A DNA stretch of 63,989 nt, filler included, from Octopus bimaculoides (GCF_001194135.2; 6 parts of 6 records of this genome joined end to end with filler, not necessarily neighbours in it); one strand, 5' to 3'; shown: positions 13,654-26,695, counted from the first letter of the whole stretch. The notes: generated from the letters alone by a model not told the origin. A program made the numbers and translations.

Positions 13654-14317
13654 CTGAATATGTATGAATAATGATTAATTCATACGTTTTGCATATGTCT
13701 AATCAATGGGAAAACATTCTCTGCTTCAATAAGTTGATGACACTCAGTAAAGCAGAAGTGTGAGGGTGTTTTGAACATATATATATGTATATATATGTAA
13801 AGGTATNNNNNNNNNNNNNNNNNNNNNNNNNNNNNNNNNNNNNNNNNNNNNNNNNNNNNNNNNNNNNNNNNNNNNNNNNNNNNNNNNNNNNNNNNNNNNN
13901 NNNNNNNNNNNNNNNNNNNNNNNNNNNNNNNNNNNNNNNNNNNNNNNNNNNNNNNNNNNNNNNNNNNNNNNNNNNNNNNNNNNNNNNNNNNNNNNNNNNN
14001 NNNNNNNNNNNNNNNNNNNNNNNNNNNNNNNNNNNNNNNNNNNNNNNNNNNNNNNNNNNNNNNNNNNNNNNNNNNNNNNNNNNNNNNNNNNNNNNNNNNN
14101 NNNNNNNNNNNNNNNNNNNNNNNNNNNNNNNNNNNNNNNNNNNNNNNNNNNNNNNNNNNNNNNNNNNNNNNNNNNNNNNNNNNNNNNNNNNNNNNNNNNN
14201 NNNNNNNNNNNNNNNNNNNNNNNNNNNNNNNNNNNNNNNNTGTGTGTGTGTGTGTGTGTGTGTGTACGTATATATAAATCGAGGGGAACTTTCAAATAAG
14301 AAATATATATGTATATA

Positions 14318-14682
14318 TCAAAATAAGTAACAAAGATATCCAGAGGTAATGCAGTACTATCGCTTCATGCAACTCTGTTTAATTGAACAATGCAATCATT
14401 ACATCAATTTAAAATGCAGGGCAATTCTCAGCTGCACAAAGCAAAGACATAGAATTTAATTATATTAGTTAGAACAGATCGACGCATTAGTATAATTATA
14501 CCTAAAATTAATTAAATTAAATTCTATGTCTTAAATTCTATTAATTAAATTCTATGTCTTTCTGCAGCAGAGGATTGCTCTGCATTTTAAATTAATTTAA
14601 TGGTTGCATTGTTCATTTAAACGGAGTTGCATGAAACGACCGTACTGCATTACCTTTGGATATCCTTGTTGCTCATTTTGAA
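14318..14682. mobile_element. Foldback/MITE-like element with about 140-bp imperfect inverted arms
   Basis: CAAAATAAGTAACAAAGATATCC...GAATTTAATTA is mirrored by TAATTAAATTC...GGATATCCTTGTTGCTCATTTTG. Confidence 0.8.
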
Positions 14683-14836
14683 CTTAATCACCTTACTTTG
14701 AAATTGTATGGATACTACCGTACTAAATTCTGATGCCTCAATGTAAGTACCATATTCATCTGAATCTAAATTTTTGTTATATATATATATATNNNNNNNN
14801 NNNNNNNNNNNNNNNNNNNNNNNNNNNNNNNNNNNN

Positions 14837-14848
14837 TTAATTAATTAA
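14837..14848. other. Assembly spacer TTAATTAATTAA flanked by 44 N on each side (also 24947, 45713, 57245, 62926)
   Basis: Identical 44N+12+44N layout occurs five times; the 12-mer carries stops in all six frames. Not biological. Confidence 0.95.
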
Positions 14849-15498
14849 NNNNNNNNNNNNNNNNNNNNNNNNNNNNNNNNNNNNNNNNNNNNCACACACA
14901 CACACACACGCATACACATCTACACATACATATACATACCTGACGACTTAATTTTTTTATTAACCACACAGGATCGAAACACAGAGGGAACAGCACAAGG
15001 ACAGAATAAAACACAAAATGGAGGAAAAATAAGATCGAACGAAAAGAATGGTAATGATAAATCAAAAGGTGGAATGACGTCTACTCGAACCCCAAACTCC
15101 AGTTAACGTCATTGAACGTTTTTAGAAAAAAAAAAAAAAATTGACACGTGTTATTTTATTTTTGTCTCTTTCTCCTTGTGGTAAATATTTTTTCTAACTG
15201 TATTTGCTTGAAAAAACATACTTTCCATGACAATCAACAAGGCGCAGGGACAATCAGTGGAAGCGGTTGGTTTGAATCTGACAGAGCAAGTATTCTCACA
15301 CGTACAACTGTACGTTGGCTGTCCCCATGGTCTTTCTATTTGCGCACCCGAAGGAAGGACGAAGAATGTTGTCTACCAAGAGGCACTCCAATGATAACAA
15401 CGGCAACTTCAACTGCTCCAATTTCAACTCCGCAATTTTTTCATCGTCCTGCCAGCCCACGTAAGTCCAGTCTTGCTTTGCTCTCCTTACTAACTCAC

Positions 15499-15620
15499 CA
15501 TGACATTCTTTTTGTTCTACCAAGATCCGTCGCCCAAACACCACTTCGTATCCACTTCTTCTTCTTTTTTATGTCTTCATTTCTCTCTTCGCGTCGTTCT
15601 CTGACCGGGTGAAACCGGGC
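15499..15620 (-). promoter_or_regulatory. Candidate CpG-rich first exon / promoter on the minus strand
   Basis: CpG-rich stretch 15585-15620, purine-rich leader, and strong donor ATG|GTGAGT at 15499/15498. Confidence 0.3.
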
Positions 15621-16139
15621 TTAGCTGCTAGTAGATTATATAAGTTATTTTATGTCATTGATTATCATTCTTTTTAATGAAATATGCGTTAATTGATGTA
15701 AGTAAATAATTCATAAACTTTTCTGTTTTGGTATGTTTTTCTGCACACACGTACGCACGCACGCACGTACATACACAAACATATGCACACATACATGCAT
15801 ACACACACGTGTGTGTGTGTTGCATCGTAGTACACCATTTGTGCAACCATACTGTTCAAACGTTACTGTTTGTCGTGCATCGTGGCTTGTGTATAAACGG
15901 TCTCTTTTTGCAAGTCATAATAACTTTGTTACAATTTGTATATCAGTTGCCCTCGATATGATAAGATGCAAACTCGAAGTAAAGAAAAGAAAAAAAAAGA
16001 AAAGCTCAGTGACACGCATAGCCATTCAAGGAAAAATGACTGCAAAAACCCGAATGTAAGCATTCGCTTCCACGAGGTAAAAATGGTAAAGAAACTCTGT
16101 ACAGTAAATGCTGCAATGTTACTTTGAGAAATGCAAATA

Positions 16140-16530
16140 AATCCGTGTTAATGCATCGCAAAAATATTCTGTGAAACATAAGAAATGCTTTGATGTGGCT
16201 AAATCTAGGGTTGACGTTTCTCAATTTATGACGGAGGAAGAAGTCAAGGGAGAATGAACACAGTTAAAAGGGAACAGCTTATTGCTGGTAACTTTGTAGA
16301 AATGTTCCCTTTGAAAATGTCCATCATCTTCTTACGATATGTGAGAGAGCACCATCGAAATGGGAAATTATTAATGAAAAGAGAAAAAGCTTTGTTATTC
16401 AGGATAGCATATGTTCTTGTGAGAATAAGTAGCGATAACGGATATGACTCTGTAACACAGAAAAAAATTCCATCATAATTAATGAAAGTACAGACATTTC
16501 AGTTACTGAAATTTTGGCTGACGGTTGTGA
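16140..16530 (+). mobile_element. hAT transposase remnant
   Basis: SIIINESTDISVTEILA at 16469-16519 matches the hAT catalytic DESTD motif. A hAT/Charlie-like terminus CAGTGTTTCTCAAAC lies at 16576-16590. Confidence 0.65.
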
Positions 16531-16669
16531 GTGGCATCGAAATGAATAAACATCATGATGGTTGACCATCTTGAACAGTGTTTCTCAAACGGGATCCACA
16601 TGGCTCATGGAGGCCCATGTAAGATTTTGTCGTTGAAGTTTATGTGCCAACGAATTGGTTATACTTGTA

Positions 16670-16766
16670 CAGGCGCCGGAGTAGCTGTGTGATAAGTAGC
16701 TTGCTTACCGACCACGTGGTTCCGGGTTCAGTCCCACTGTGTGGCACCTTGGGCAAGTGTCTTCAA
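16670..16766 (+). mobile_element. SINE family A, head only
   Basis: tRNA-like head and core. Confidence 0.85.
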
Positions 16767-17125
16767 TGAAAAGCACAAGGTGACCAATGATGTATGACAA
16801 CACCCGATAGTCTGGTCGATCAAGTGATCACGTGATATGCTGTTGAAGAGGAATTCATTGAATCATGAATTCCTATGTGAGTGATTCAGTTTATCGTTCG
16901 TATTAAATGACGTCAGGAGAGGACAAAAATCCCTCGAGTTTCTTTATTTACGATTAATTACAGAAGAACGTTATGTTATCAGAAACTGACCCCAGTAATA
17001 AAAGTAATTACAAAAGCATTAATGATGATTACCGTGCAGGAAAATAGCATCGGCACATTTAATTAGTGGAATTTTAATGATGAGATCAATGTTAAAAGAT
17101 TTAAAACAGGTTGTCGGACAATTAA

Positions 17126-17300
17126 GCACAGGCGTAGCTGTGTGGTAAGAAGTCTGCTGCCCAACCACATGGTTCTAGGTTCAGTCCCACTGTGTGACAC
17201 CTTGGGCAAGTGTCTTCTACAACAGCCTCGGCCCGACCAAAACTTGTGAGTGGATTTGGCAGACGGAAACTGAGGGAAATGCGTCGTATATGTATGTATA
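17126..17300 (+). mobile_element. SINE family A, 5' half
   Basis: Colinear with the family; a degenerate 3' part follows at about 17510-17640. Confidence 0.85.
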
Positions 17301-18728
17301 TATAGTTCGTTGCGCCATGTGAGTAGTGTCTGATGATTGTGCTAGGACACCAGACATGTTAAAAAATATTATTTGGCATTCTCACAGCGCATAAAACTAA
17401 TAGTAGCATATAAATACATATATTGTGTTTATTAAATAATATTTATCTCTCACATGATGGAGTACTTTTTTGCTTATCTTACCATCACGGAACAGTGCAC
17501 TATATATATATGTCTCCGTTTCCATAAACTAGCGGTTGGACATGAGAGATCGATAGAATAAGATTTATTCGACTAAGACCTTTCGAGGTGGTACCCCAGC
17601 ACAGCTACAGTCCAATGACTCGAACAATGAAAATGAAAATGGTTTGTAATCCAATTTGTTACCGAAATATTCTTACCACATTGGTACATATGTTTTTGCA
17701 GAATATTCTCTCTTATGAATTGTGTCCAAACACTAATTCTTTAAATAGACACTGCCAAACATAGATTATTTACAAATTAATCCATCATAAGAATGATAAT
17801 GGAATGCGTTGTGTAGGAGTTTGAAAAGCAATTAATCGAAGAATTTTGCTCGAAGCAAAATATACTTGGAAAGAGAAGAAAAAAAACAACAAAGAATAAA
17901 GATAATTCGTTTACTCTTTGAGAAGGAATTGAAGAGGTGGAGAAGCTAATTACTAGGTTCTTACGTATAAGGTAAATAAATGGGCGCTATTTTTCTAATT
18001 AAAATCCATATTTTTATAATTTGGGTTTTCTGGGTGTTTTTTTTTTGTTTTGTTTTTTTTCTTTCTTCTTTTGATTTTGGGGTTTTCCGTGGCTGATCTG
18101 ATGATTTCTTGAGACTCTCATAGGTAGCCCTAATTTTTGCTAAACATGATCTTGAGCACTTCTTTTACAGCCTTGTATAAATTCTATTGGTTTTCTAATA
18201 CAAAATTGTTAATATTGAATAATTATATATATATATATATATNNNNNNNNNNNNNNNNNNNNNNNNNNNNNNNNNNNNNNNNNNNNNNNNNNNNNNNNNN
18301 NNNNNNNNNNNNNNNNNNNNNNNNNNNNNNNNNNNNNNNNNNNNNNNNNNNNNNNNNNNNNNNNNNNNNNNNNNNNNNNNNNNNNNNNNNNNNNNNNNNN
18401 NNNNNNNNNNNNNNNNNNNNNNNNNNNNNNNNNNNNNNNNNNNNNNNNNNNNNNNNNNNNNNNNNNNNNNNNNNNNNNNNNNNNNNNNNNNNNNNNNNNN
18501 NNNNNNNNNNNNNNNNNNNNNNNNNNNNNNNNNNNNNNNNNNNNNNNNNNNNNNNNNNNNNNNNNNNNNNNNNNNNNNNNNNNNNNNNNNNNNNNNNNNN
18601 NNNNNNNNNNNNNNNNNNNNNNNNNNNNNNNNNNNTTACTTCTCTCTCACTCTCTTCTTGTCTCTCTCCCTCCCGTTTCTCCTCTCTTCATATATGTATG
18701 TAATATATATATGTATGTATATGTGTGC

Positions 18729-18769
<41 letters not shown>

Positions 18770-19143
18770 AAGTCTGTTGGGTGTGAAGTTGGGGTGTTTC
18801 CAGAGAAGCGCTCGACCCGAATACTGGGTTACCAACATTGTCGGGATCCAAGCCAAGGCCGGAATACTTCTGGTTGACGGTATAATCGTTGTGAAATTTC
18901 ACGACGATTCTACCGTCATATGGTTTGGCGAAGAGTAAATAATCCAACGAAAAGAAGATAAAGAAAATTCCTTAACGCATCTTTAGTTATCAGTTACACA
19001 AGTTTTCGTACCATCTCTATTTGCGACGTCAGTTTACGCGAAAATTCTAAAAGAAAAATTACGTAATATATGCGGATTTAGGCATTGGAGAGGCTCTTCC
19101 TTACATATATATATTACATACATATATGTTTGTTTGATAGTAT

Positions 19144-19339
19144 ATATATATAGACAGAAAGAGATATATTTAAGAATTTACAAAAAGTTAGAGAGGAACT
19201 GACCTGTCTCTTTAACATGTTTTCTCTCTTAACATGTTTTCTTTTATGTCTTCAAGAGAGAAAACATGTTAAAACGACAAGTCAGTTCCTCTCCAATTTT
19301 TGGTAAATTCTTAAATATATCTCTTTCTGTGTATATATA
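19144..19339. mobile_element. Palindromic MITE-like element, about 87-bp arms and 23-nt loop, in TA context
   Basis: Arms 19144-19230 and 19254-19339 are near-perfect reverse complements. Confidence 0.85.
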
Positions 19340-19413
19340 AAATTGAATAAGATAAATAAAATTATGAGTAACAGACACGTACTTGTACAAGGTAAACAAA
19401 ATGAATAATAATA

Positions 19414-19590
19414 ATATTTTCTAGTAAAGGCAAAAGGCCTGAAATTTTGGGGGAGGGAACCTGTTCATTACACCCTCTCCAGTGTTTCCCTGGTACTTAA
19501 TTTATCGATCCCGAAAGGATGAAAGGTAGAGTCGCCCTCGGCGGAATTTGAACGCGGAGCATGCAGACGGACGAAAGGCTGCAAAGCACG
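19414..19590 (-). mobile_element. SINE family B
   Basis: Reverse complement of the family core. Confidence 0.82.
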
Positions 19591-19970
19591 TAATATAAAT
19601 ATTTTGGTGCGTGACTTTTGACCCACTCTGTGTGTGTGTGTATGTGTGTGTGTATACACACATACTTATGAAATATATTATCGTAGATGTTTGGTGCTTT
19701 GATGTTTTATGCATCATCTTTTCTATATGGATTTGTGTGTGTGTGTGTGTGTGTGTGCGCTGTTTCTCTCCTCCGACGCATCAGGTAGCTCTTTGATCAT
19801 TGTTGTAAGGAGCATTAGCACGTATATATACATGTGCGTCGATGCGTGCGTGTTTGTGTACGTACATACATATACGTACGTATACATTTCTATCTATTTC
19901 TATTTTTAGAGACAGAGAGAGAGAGGGGAAGAGAGAAAGAGAGAGATGGGAGTGGAGAGAGAGATGGGAG

Positions 19971-20004
<34 letters not shown>

Positions 20005-20190
20005 GTGGAGAGAGAAAGAAAGAGAGAGAGAGACTTAATTAAAATTTGGATTAGAATTAAGAACTAAAGGAATACACTAGCTAAAAATGTTTGTTTGAGG
20101 ATTAACTCATGATTCGCCATTATGTAAAGGCTTGTTTCTGAATTTAGCCTTCGTCGGTGGGACTTCACGAGCTTTTCTTAATTACACGCT

Positions 20191-20259
<69 letters not shown>

Positions 20260-20339
20260 TCTCTCTCTCTTTCCCTCTCTTTCTCTTTCTCCAGTATATA
20301 CAATCATCACATAAGAGTATGTCTGTGTATGGATGTACA

Positions 20340-20375
<36 letters not shown>

Positions 20376-20489
20376 TGTATGTGTGTGTTTGTGTATATGT
20401 CTGTGTAAGAATATGCATATACACACAAAACTATATATGTATATATATATATATTTGTATACATATATATATATGTATGTACATATATA

Positions 20490-20526
<37 letters not shown>

Positions 20527-20574
20527 ATACAAGAAATGAGGGCAGGGAATCGTCAATTAATAATAGAATTAATA

Positions 20575-20790
20575 ATTAACAATTTTGCCAAGTAGTTCAG
20601 TATGAAAAATATCGCCATCCGTTTTAGAGAAAAATTTGTAGTTTAGAATCAGTAGTTCTCTGACTGCTATTTCTAAATTTTCAGTATGTTGGAGAAGCAA
20701 CTCAATTGCTAATCCCTTATATTTATGATGATAAATGGTCTTACCGATAAAGGTTTTTTTCATACTGAACTACTTGGCAAAATTGTTAAT
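20575..20790. mobile_element. MITE-like element with perfect 35-bp inverted repeats (right end abuts a gap)
   Basis: ATTAACAATTTTGCCAAGTAGTTCAGTATGAAAAA at 20575-20609 and its reverse complement at 20756-20790. Confidence 0.75.
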
Positions 20791-22949
20791 NNNNNNNNNN
20801 NNNNNNNNNNNNNNNNNNNNNNNNNNNNNNNNNNNNNNNNNNNNNNNNNNNNNNNNNNNNNNNNNNNNNNNNNNNNNNNNNNNNNNNNNNNNNNNNNNNN
20901 NNNNNNNNNNNNNNNNNNNNNNNNNNNNNNNNNNNNNNNNNNNNNNNNNNNNNNNNNNNNNNNNNNNNNNNNNNNNNNNNNNNNNNNNNNNNNNNNNNNN
21001 NNNNNNNNNNNNNNNNNNNNNNNNNNNNNNNNNNNNNNNNNNNNNNNNNNNNNNNNNNNNNNNNNNNNNNNNNNNNNNNNNNNNNNNNNNNNNNNNNNNN
21101 NNNNNNNNNNNNNNNNNNNNNNNNNNNNNNNNNNNNNNNNNNNNNNNNNNNNNNNNNNNNNNNNNNNNNNNNNNNNNNNNNNNNNNNNNNNNNNNNNNNN
21201 NNNNNNNNNNNNNNNNNNNNNNNNNNNNNNNNNNNNNNNNNNNNNNNNNNNNNNNNNNNNNNNNNNNNNNNNNNNNNNNNNNNNNNNNNNNNNNNNNNNN
21301 NNNNNNNNNNNNNNNNNNNNNNNNNNNNNNNNNNNNNNNNNNNNNNNNNNNNNNNNNNNNNNNNNNNNNNNNNNNNNNNNNNNNNNNNNNNNNNNNNNNN
21401 NNNNNNNNNNNNNNNNNNNNNNNNNNNNNNNNNNNNNNNNNNNNNNNNNNNNNNNNNNNNNNNNNNNNNNNNNNNNNNNNNNNNNNNNNNNNNNNNNNNN
21501 NNNNNNNNNNNNNNNNNNNNNNNNNNNNNNNNNNNNNNNNNNNNNNNNCAAATCGATATTGACAATTCATCAACACACACACATATCGAGATTGAAGATG
21601 GCAGCTGAGCCTATTATTACGCGTAGTTTCAAAGACGGCCACTGTGACGCCCGCGGCATCAAATTAATTTCCTACACTCCTTATTTCTCATTACCGACGA
21701 GGAGATCATTCTCTGAAGAGTTGCGATGAATATTTCACTAATGTCGGAGAAATGTCAATCATCTATCAAAAAATGAAAGCCATTAGCTGTCTTTCGCAAG
21801 TCACAGAGCCGTCAATGCATCTCTACAGGTTTCTCCACCCCGCTCCTGGTTTCTGCGTCATTCACCACTTCACCTTGATTGACGTACATATACTCCTCCG
21901 ACACTTCTTCCCTGTTTTATTTATCTCTCTCTTTGCTAATAAGTCACTAAAGGTGCTAGATTCTTGCTGTTCCCATTCCTCTCAACCATTTCCCCGCTTT
22001 TCCTCCATTTTCTTCCGTTCCACCCCGCTTCTCTCCCATCTGCGTTTACGTCAGAAATGTTAGGTTCTATGTCAACCTGAGGAAGTCTTGTTAGAAATCA
22101 GGACTGCACAGCTTCTTTGGATTTTCTGTGACGTCATAACAAATTAAGTTGCTAATTTGGGATATATCGTTTATTTTTTTAGTTGTTTCGATAAATAGAC
22201 TGCGGCCACGCTGGGGCAATACCTTGAAGAATTTTCGTTGAACGAACCAACCCCAGTACTTACTGTGTTTTAAAGGGGTCGATAAATTAAGTACCAGTTG
22301 CGTACTGGGGTCGATTAAATCGACTGGCTCCCTCACGCAAAATTCCAGGCCTTGTGCCTGTAGTAGACAGTTCCTGTTTACCAAATCCACGCAGAAGGCT
22401 ATGGTCGGCCTGTGGCTATTGTAGAACTGAACCCGGAACCAATGTGGTTGGGAAGCAAGCTTCTAACCACACAGCCACGCCTTATTCGAATGAATTCTCC
22501 GCCTGATCCTAGATATTTTAAATATCTCTCTATTTTACAAACTACATTTTAGTTACTATAAAACAAATACTTCTCTCGGTTTAATCTCTTAATTGGAAGC
22601 TGGATGTAACTGAATATACAACTATAAAAACAGTAGTAGAAACCGAAATCACATTCTTACCTAATGAGATGGTTGATGACGTTTTGGCGATGTCATGCTC
22701 TGAATTTCGGGTCCAATGACGGACATTTTTAACCGTGGAATATGATTTTAAAAGTATCTAAAAATTTTTAATTATTTCTGATGATTTGGCGACGTTGGAA
22801 TTTCAAACTTATCTTTCTCAGCCTTGTCGTAGTAAATACATAATTTTACGCTGCAATGTCTTGAAATTTAAATTAGCGATTTCCAGTATTTTTTTGTAAA
22901 CTTCTCAAGGGTCTGTAGTTCACAAGTCGAGAACTGTTGTACGATATAT

Positions 22950-23365
22950 TGGTTTCATATAATTTCAAATTTTGGCACAAGGCCAGCAATTTGGCTGGGG
23001 GGGGGGGGGGAGCCGGTTAAATTGACCCCAGTGGTCAAGTGGTACTTTATGTTATCGATTCCGAAAGGACAAAAGGCGCAGTCGACCTCGGCGGCATTTG
23101 AATTCAGAACGAAAAGACGGACGAAACGCCGCTAAGTATTTTACCCGTGGTGCTAACAATCCAACCAACTCGCCACCCTCCATTGTACAATATATTAGTT
23201 TCAAATCTTGGTACAAGGTCAGTAATTTCAGGGGAGGGGATAAATCGATTATATTGATCCCCAATGCTCAACTGACACTTTATTTTATCGATTCCGAAAG
23301 ATGAAAGACAAAGTCGACCTCGATAAAATTTGAACTCAGAACGTAGATATGGGCGAAATGCCATT
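22950..23365 (-). mobile_element. Two tandem SINE family B copies
   Basis: The core occurs twice, at about 23030-23140 and 23250-23360. Confidence 0.8.
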
Positions 23366-23690
23366 ACTCAGAGAGTGACGTATGCAATAAGATTTAAGGT
23401 TTGGTGATTACAACTGTTTAATATTCGTCACTTAATCCTACAGAGTCTATGGGAAAGAATTTAACCTCTCTGGTTCCGACACACCAGAGACAGCCCCTCG
23501 TTCTACGATACACACTTCCCCCTTTAAAGTAATGAAAATTACGTGCAAATATGTTTTAAATAACAACTTAAAGATTATTTTACGAAATTTATCATTATTT
23601 TCAAAATAAATTGCATTCATTGTATTCTTTAGGCGAAACCGATTGGTAAGACCTGCCGTGATTGATATTTAATACTATATTTTTCGGATA

Positions 23691-23732
<42 letters not shown>

Positions 23733-23737
<5 letters not shown>

Positions 23738-24230
23738 CACCTGTAAGGTCTATGATGATTGCTACTAGTAAGATAGAATCCACTACCGCCTGTTGCATGG
23801 TCGGGTTGTCGGCGATGGTGCCCACCAGGCTAACCTGGAGAAGAGGGTTGTTTGATATCCAAGAGGTCTAAAAGCAAGACTCGTCAAAAGGACAGACGAA
23901 CATTGTGTAGGTTGAACGCCTAACAGTAGCACGGGCCTCAGAAATACGGCGTGCTGGTGCCCGGCGTGCTGGTGCCCGGCGTGCTGGTGCCCGGCGTGCT
24001 GGTGCCCGGCGTGCTGGAAGACCATTGGGAGGCAGGTCCTCGCTACCTTCTGTTAATGCATTCCTCTAGGAGAAGGCCACTCTGATATAAAACCAGATAA
24101 GCAGAGAATGGTAGTGGATATTTTGGGAATCTTTTACTTTCGCATCAGATTATGGCTCGTCCACCTTCCTGAGCTTGCGACGCATATTGGCACCAGATAT
24201 TTTGCATCAGATTCACTCTGAATCATGTCA
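23733..24230 (+). mobile_element. Probable RTE-type LINE 5' UTR fragment
   Basis: GC-rich block containing GGAGAAGGCCACTCTGATATAAAACC, which resembles RTE 5' regions as recalled. Confidence 0.4.
23947..24017 (+). repeat. 15-bp tandem repeat (CGGCGTGCTGGTGCC) x4.7
   Basis: Direct reading; units are perfect. Confidence 0.95.
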
Positions 24231-24365
24231 ATACAATAAAGAGAGTCTTTGAGGTTTTGTGCAAGCCTTTCTGTGTACAGGCATTGCTTTGTCAGTAATG
24301 ATTATGTTGTTCTTCGTGTTTGCAGCCATCATATGTATATACCCACACACACACACACACACGAC

Positions 24366-24662
24366 GAACAGGGTTCCAGTTAATCCCATCGAAGGAACAG
24401 CTAGCCTGCTCGTGAAATTACTGTGCAAGCGACTAAGCACTCTGCAGACACGCGTAACCCTTCACGTAGTTCTCAGGGAGATTCTGCGTGACAAGGCTGG
24501 CCCCTTTGAATCATTGGTACTACTGATCTTTACCAACTGAATAGACTAGAGCAACGTGAAATAAAGTGTCTTCCCCAAGGACACAACACGCGGCCAGGTA
24601 TCGAACTAACGATCTAACGATCGTAGGCCGAATGATTTAACAACGTAGCCACACGCCTTCAC
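24366..24662 (-). mobile_element. SINE family C head with a different tail
   Basis: Head and core match 32721; the 3' part is unrelated. Confidence 0.75.
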
Positions 24663-24697
24663 AATAGATAGACCTATATTCATATACACATACATGC

Positions 24698-24728
<31 letters not shown>

Positions 24729-25002
24729 TGTATACGTATTTATGAAGAGAATGCGTGTGAGTATAAATATGCGTTGTGTATGTGTGTGGAGTCACGGATA
24801 CTTTAGAAACTAGCTTTGTAGTTAGATAATCGCCCACCACAAGGTGACCATGAAATTTTAAGCTACAAATATCACTATCAGCTTCTATCATATATATATA
24901 TANNNNNNNNNNNNNNNNNNNNNNNNNNNNNNNNNNNNNNNNNNNNTTAATTAATTAANNNNNNNNNNNNNNNNNNNNNNNNNNNNNNNNNNNNNNNNNN
25001 NN

Positions 25003-25053
<51 letters not shown>

Positions 25054-25264
25054 TATGGAGACACATATATATGGAGACACATATATATGGAGAGAGAGAG
25101 AGAGCCAGGTAGACAGACAGACATGCAAACAGACATTATATATATGGATCTGGGTTCAATCCCACCGCACCGCACTTTAAGTGTTTTCTATCACAGCTCA
25201 AGACTGACCAAAGCCATATCAATGGAGTTGGTAGAGAAATACTGAAAGAAACCCATTGTACATT

Positions 25265-25680
25265 GTTTGTTTCAGTTGTTGAACTGCGGCCATGCTGGGG
25301 CACCACTGTGAAGGGTTGAGTCAAGCAAATCAACTCCACCACTTGTTTTAAGTGTGGTACTTATTTTGTCAGTCTCTTTTGCTGAACTGCTTATTTGCAG
25401 GATGTAAATAGACCAACACTGGTTGTCAAGCAGCGGGTGGGGGAAACAAACACAGACACAAATGCACACACAAACACATACACACATTCATATACATACA
25501 CATGTGTGTGTATGTACATATATGACAGGCTTCTACACAGTTTTCATCTACTAAATTCACGCACATGGTATTGGTCAGACTGGAGCTATAGTAGAAGACA
25601 CTTGCCTTAAATATCACACAATGGAACTGTACCTGAAACCTCATGGCTGTAAAGTGGGCCCCTTAACCACACAGCCATGC
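25265..25680 (-). mobile_element. SINE family A, diverged copy
   Basis: Reverse complement of the family sequence. Confidence 0.8.
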
Positions 25681-25694
25681 ACAATACAAACATC

Positions 25695-25994
25695 ACAGTA
25701 TTGTCCAGACTTCCAGATGTTGTAATACATCGCTGAACACAATGCGCTTTGCATCATTTTTTAGCTTTTGAATGATGCCACTCCACTGATTACTTGAGCA
25801 GGCCAGCATTCCCCACTCCACAACGAGAAGGCCAGTCCATTGCAGGGTGCAACCATTTACGGCTGAGTGGACTGGAGTAATTTGAAATGAAGTGCTCTGC
25901 TCAAGAACAAAATGCACTACCTGGTCTGGGAATCGAACCCATGGTCTAGCAATTGTAATTGCAACACCCTAACCACTGAGCCACATGCCTTCAC
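25695..25994 (-). mobile_element. SINE family C head with a third tail type
   Basis: Head and core match; tail is distinct. Confidence 0.75.
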
Positions 25995-26640
25995 ACAATA
26001 CATAAAAACAGAATAGACTAGCTAAATAAATAAAATCATAGATGAATGTATTGCTAAACTCTGTTAATGTTCATATTTTAAATTATTTTGATTTGGAACC
26101 AAGCCACAGATTTATAAAAATGGCAAAAAATTTGGATATTGTCATGTATATTCCTCCCACAAGAATCTTAAGCAGCAAAGAGGAAGAAGAATGTCTGGAA
26201 TAGAAATTGTAAAGCAGATCATTTCAGATTAGACACATTAGAGATTTAGCTCTTATTTACATGTCATTTACTTGTATATATACCATGGTAGAGAGGCTAT
26301 ANNNNNNNNNNNNNNNNNNNNNNNNNNNNNNNNNNNNNNNNNNNNNNNNNNNNNNNNNNNNNNNNNNNNNNNNNNNNNNNNNNNNNNNNNNNNNNNNNNN
26401 NNNNNNNNNNNNNNNNNNNNNNNNNNNNNNNNNNNNNNNNNNNNNNNNNNNNNNNNNNNNNNNNNNNNNNNNNNNNNNNNNNNNNNNNNNNNNNNNNNNN
26501 NNNNNNNNNNNNNNNNNNNNNNNNNNNNNNNNNNNNNNNNNNNNNNNNNNNNNNNNNNNNNNNNNNNNNNNNNNNNNNNNNNNNATATATATTATATATT
26601 ATATATATATATGTGTGTGTGCGCGTGTGTGTATCCACAC

Positions 26641-26695
<55 letters not shown>

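Noticed and set aside
15148-15612. 154-aa plus-strand ORF as a CDS
   Set aside because: TTG/GTG-type start, no recognisable domain, and better explained as promoter-proximal sequence.
23947-24017. CRISPR-like array
   Set aside because: Contiguous 15-bp tandem units without spacers in a eukaryotic context.
23733-24100. HDV-like ribozyme in the RTE-type 5' UTR
   Set aside because: A GTCCTCGCT word is present, but I could not build the double pseudoknot by eye; it needs a descriptor search.
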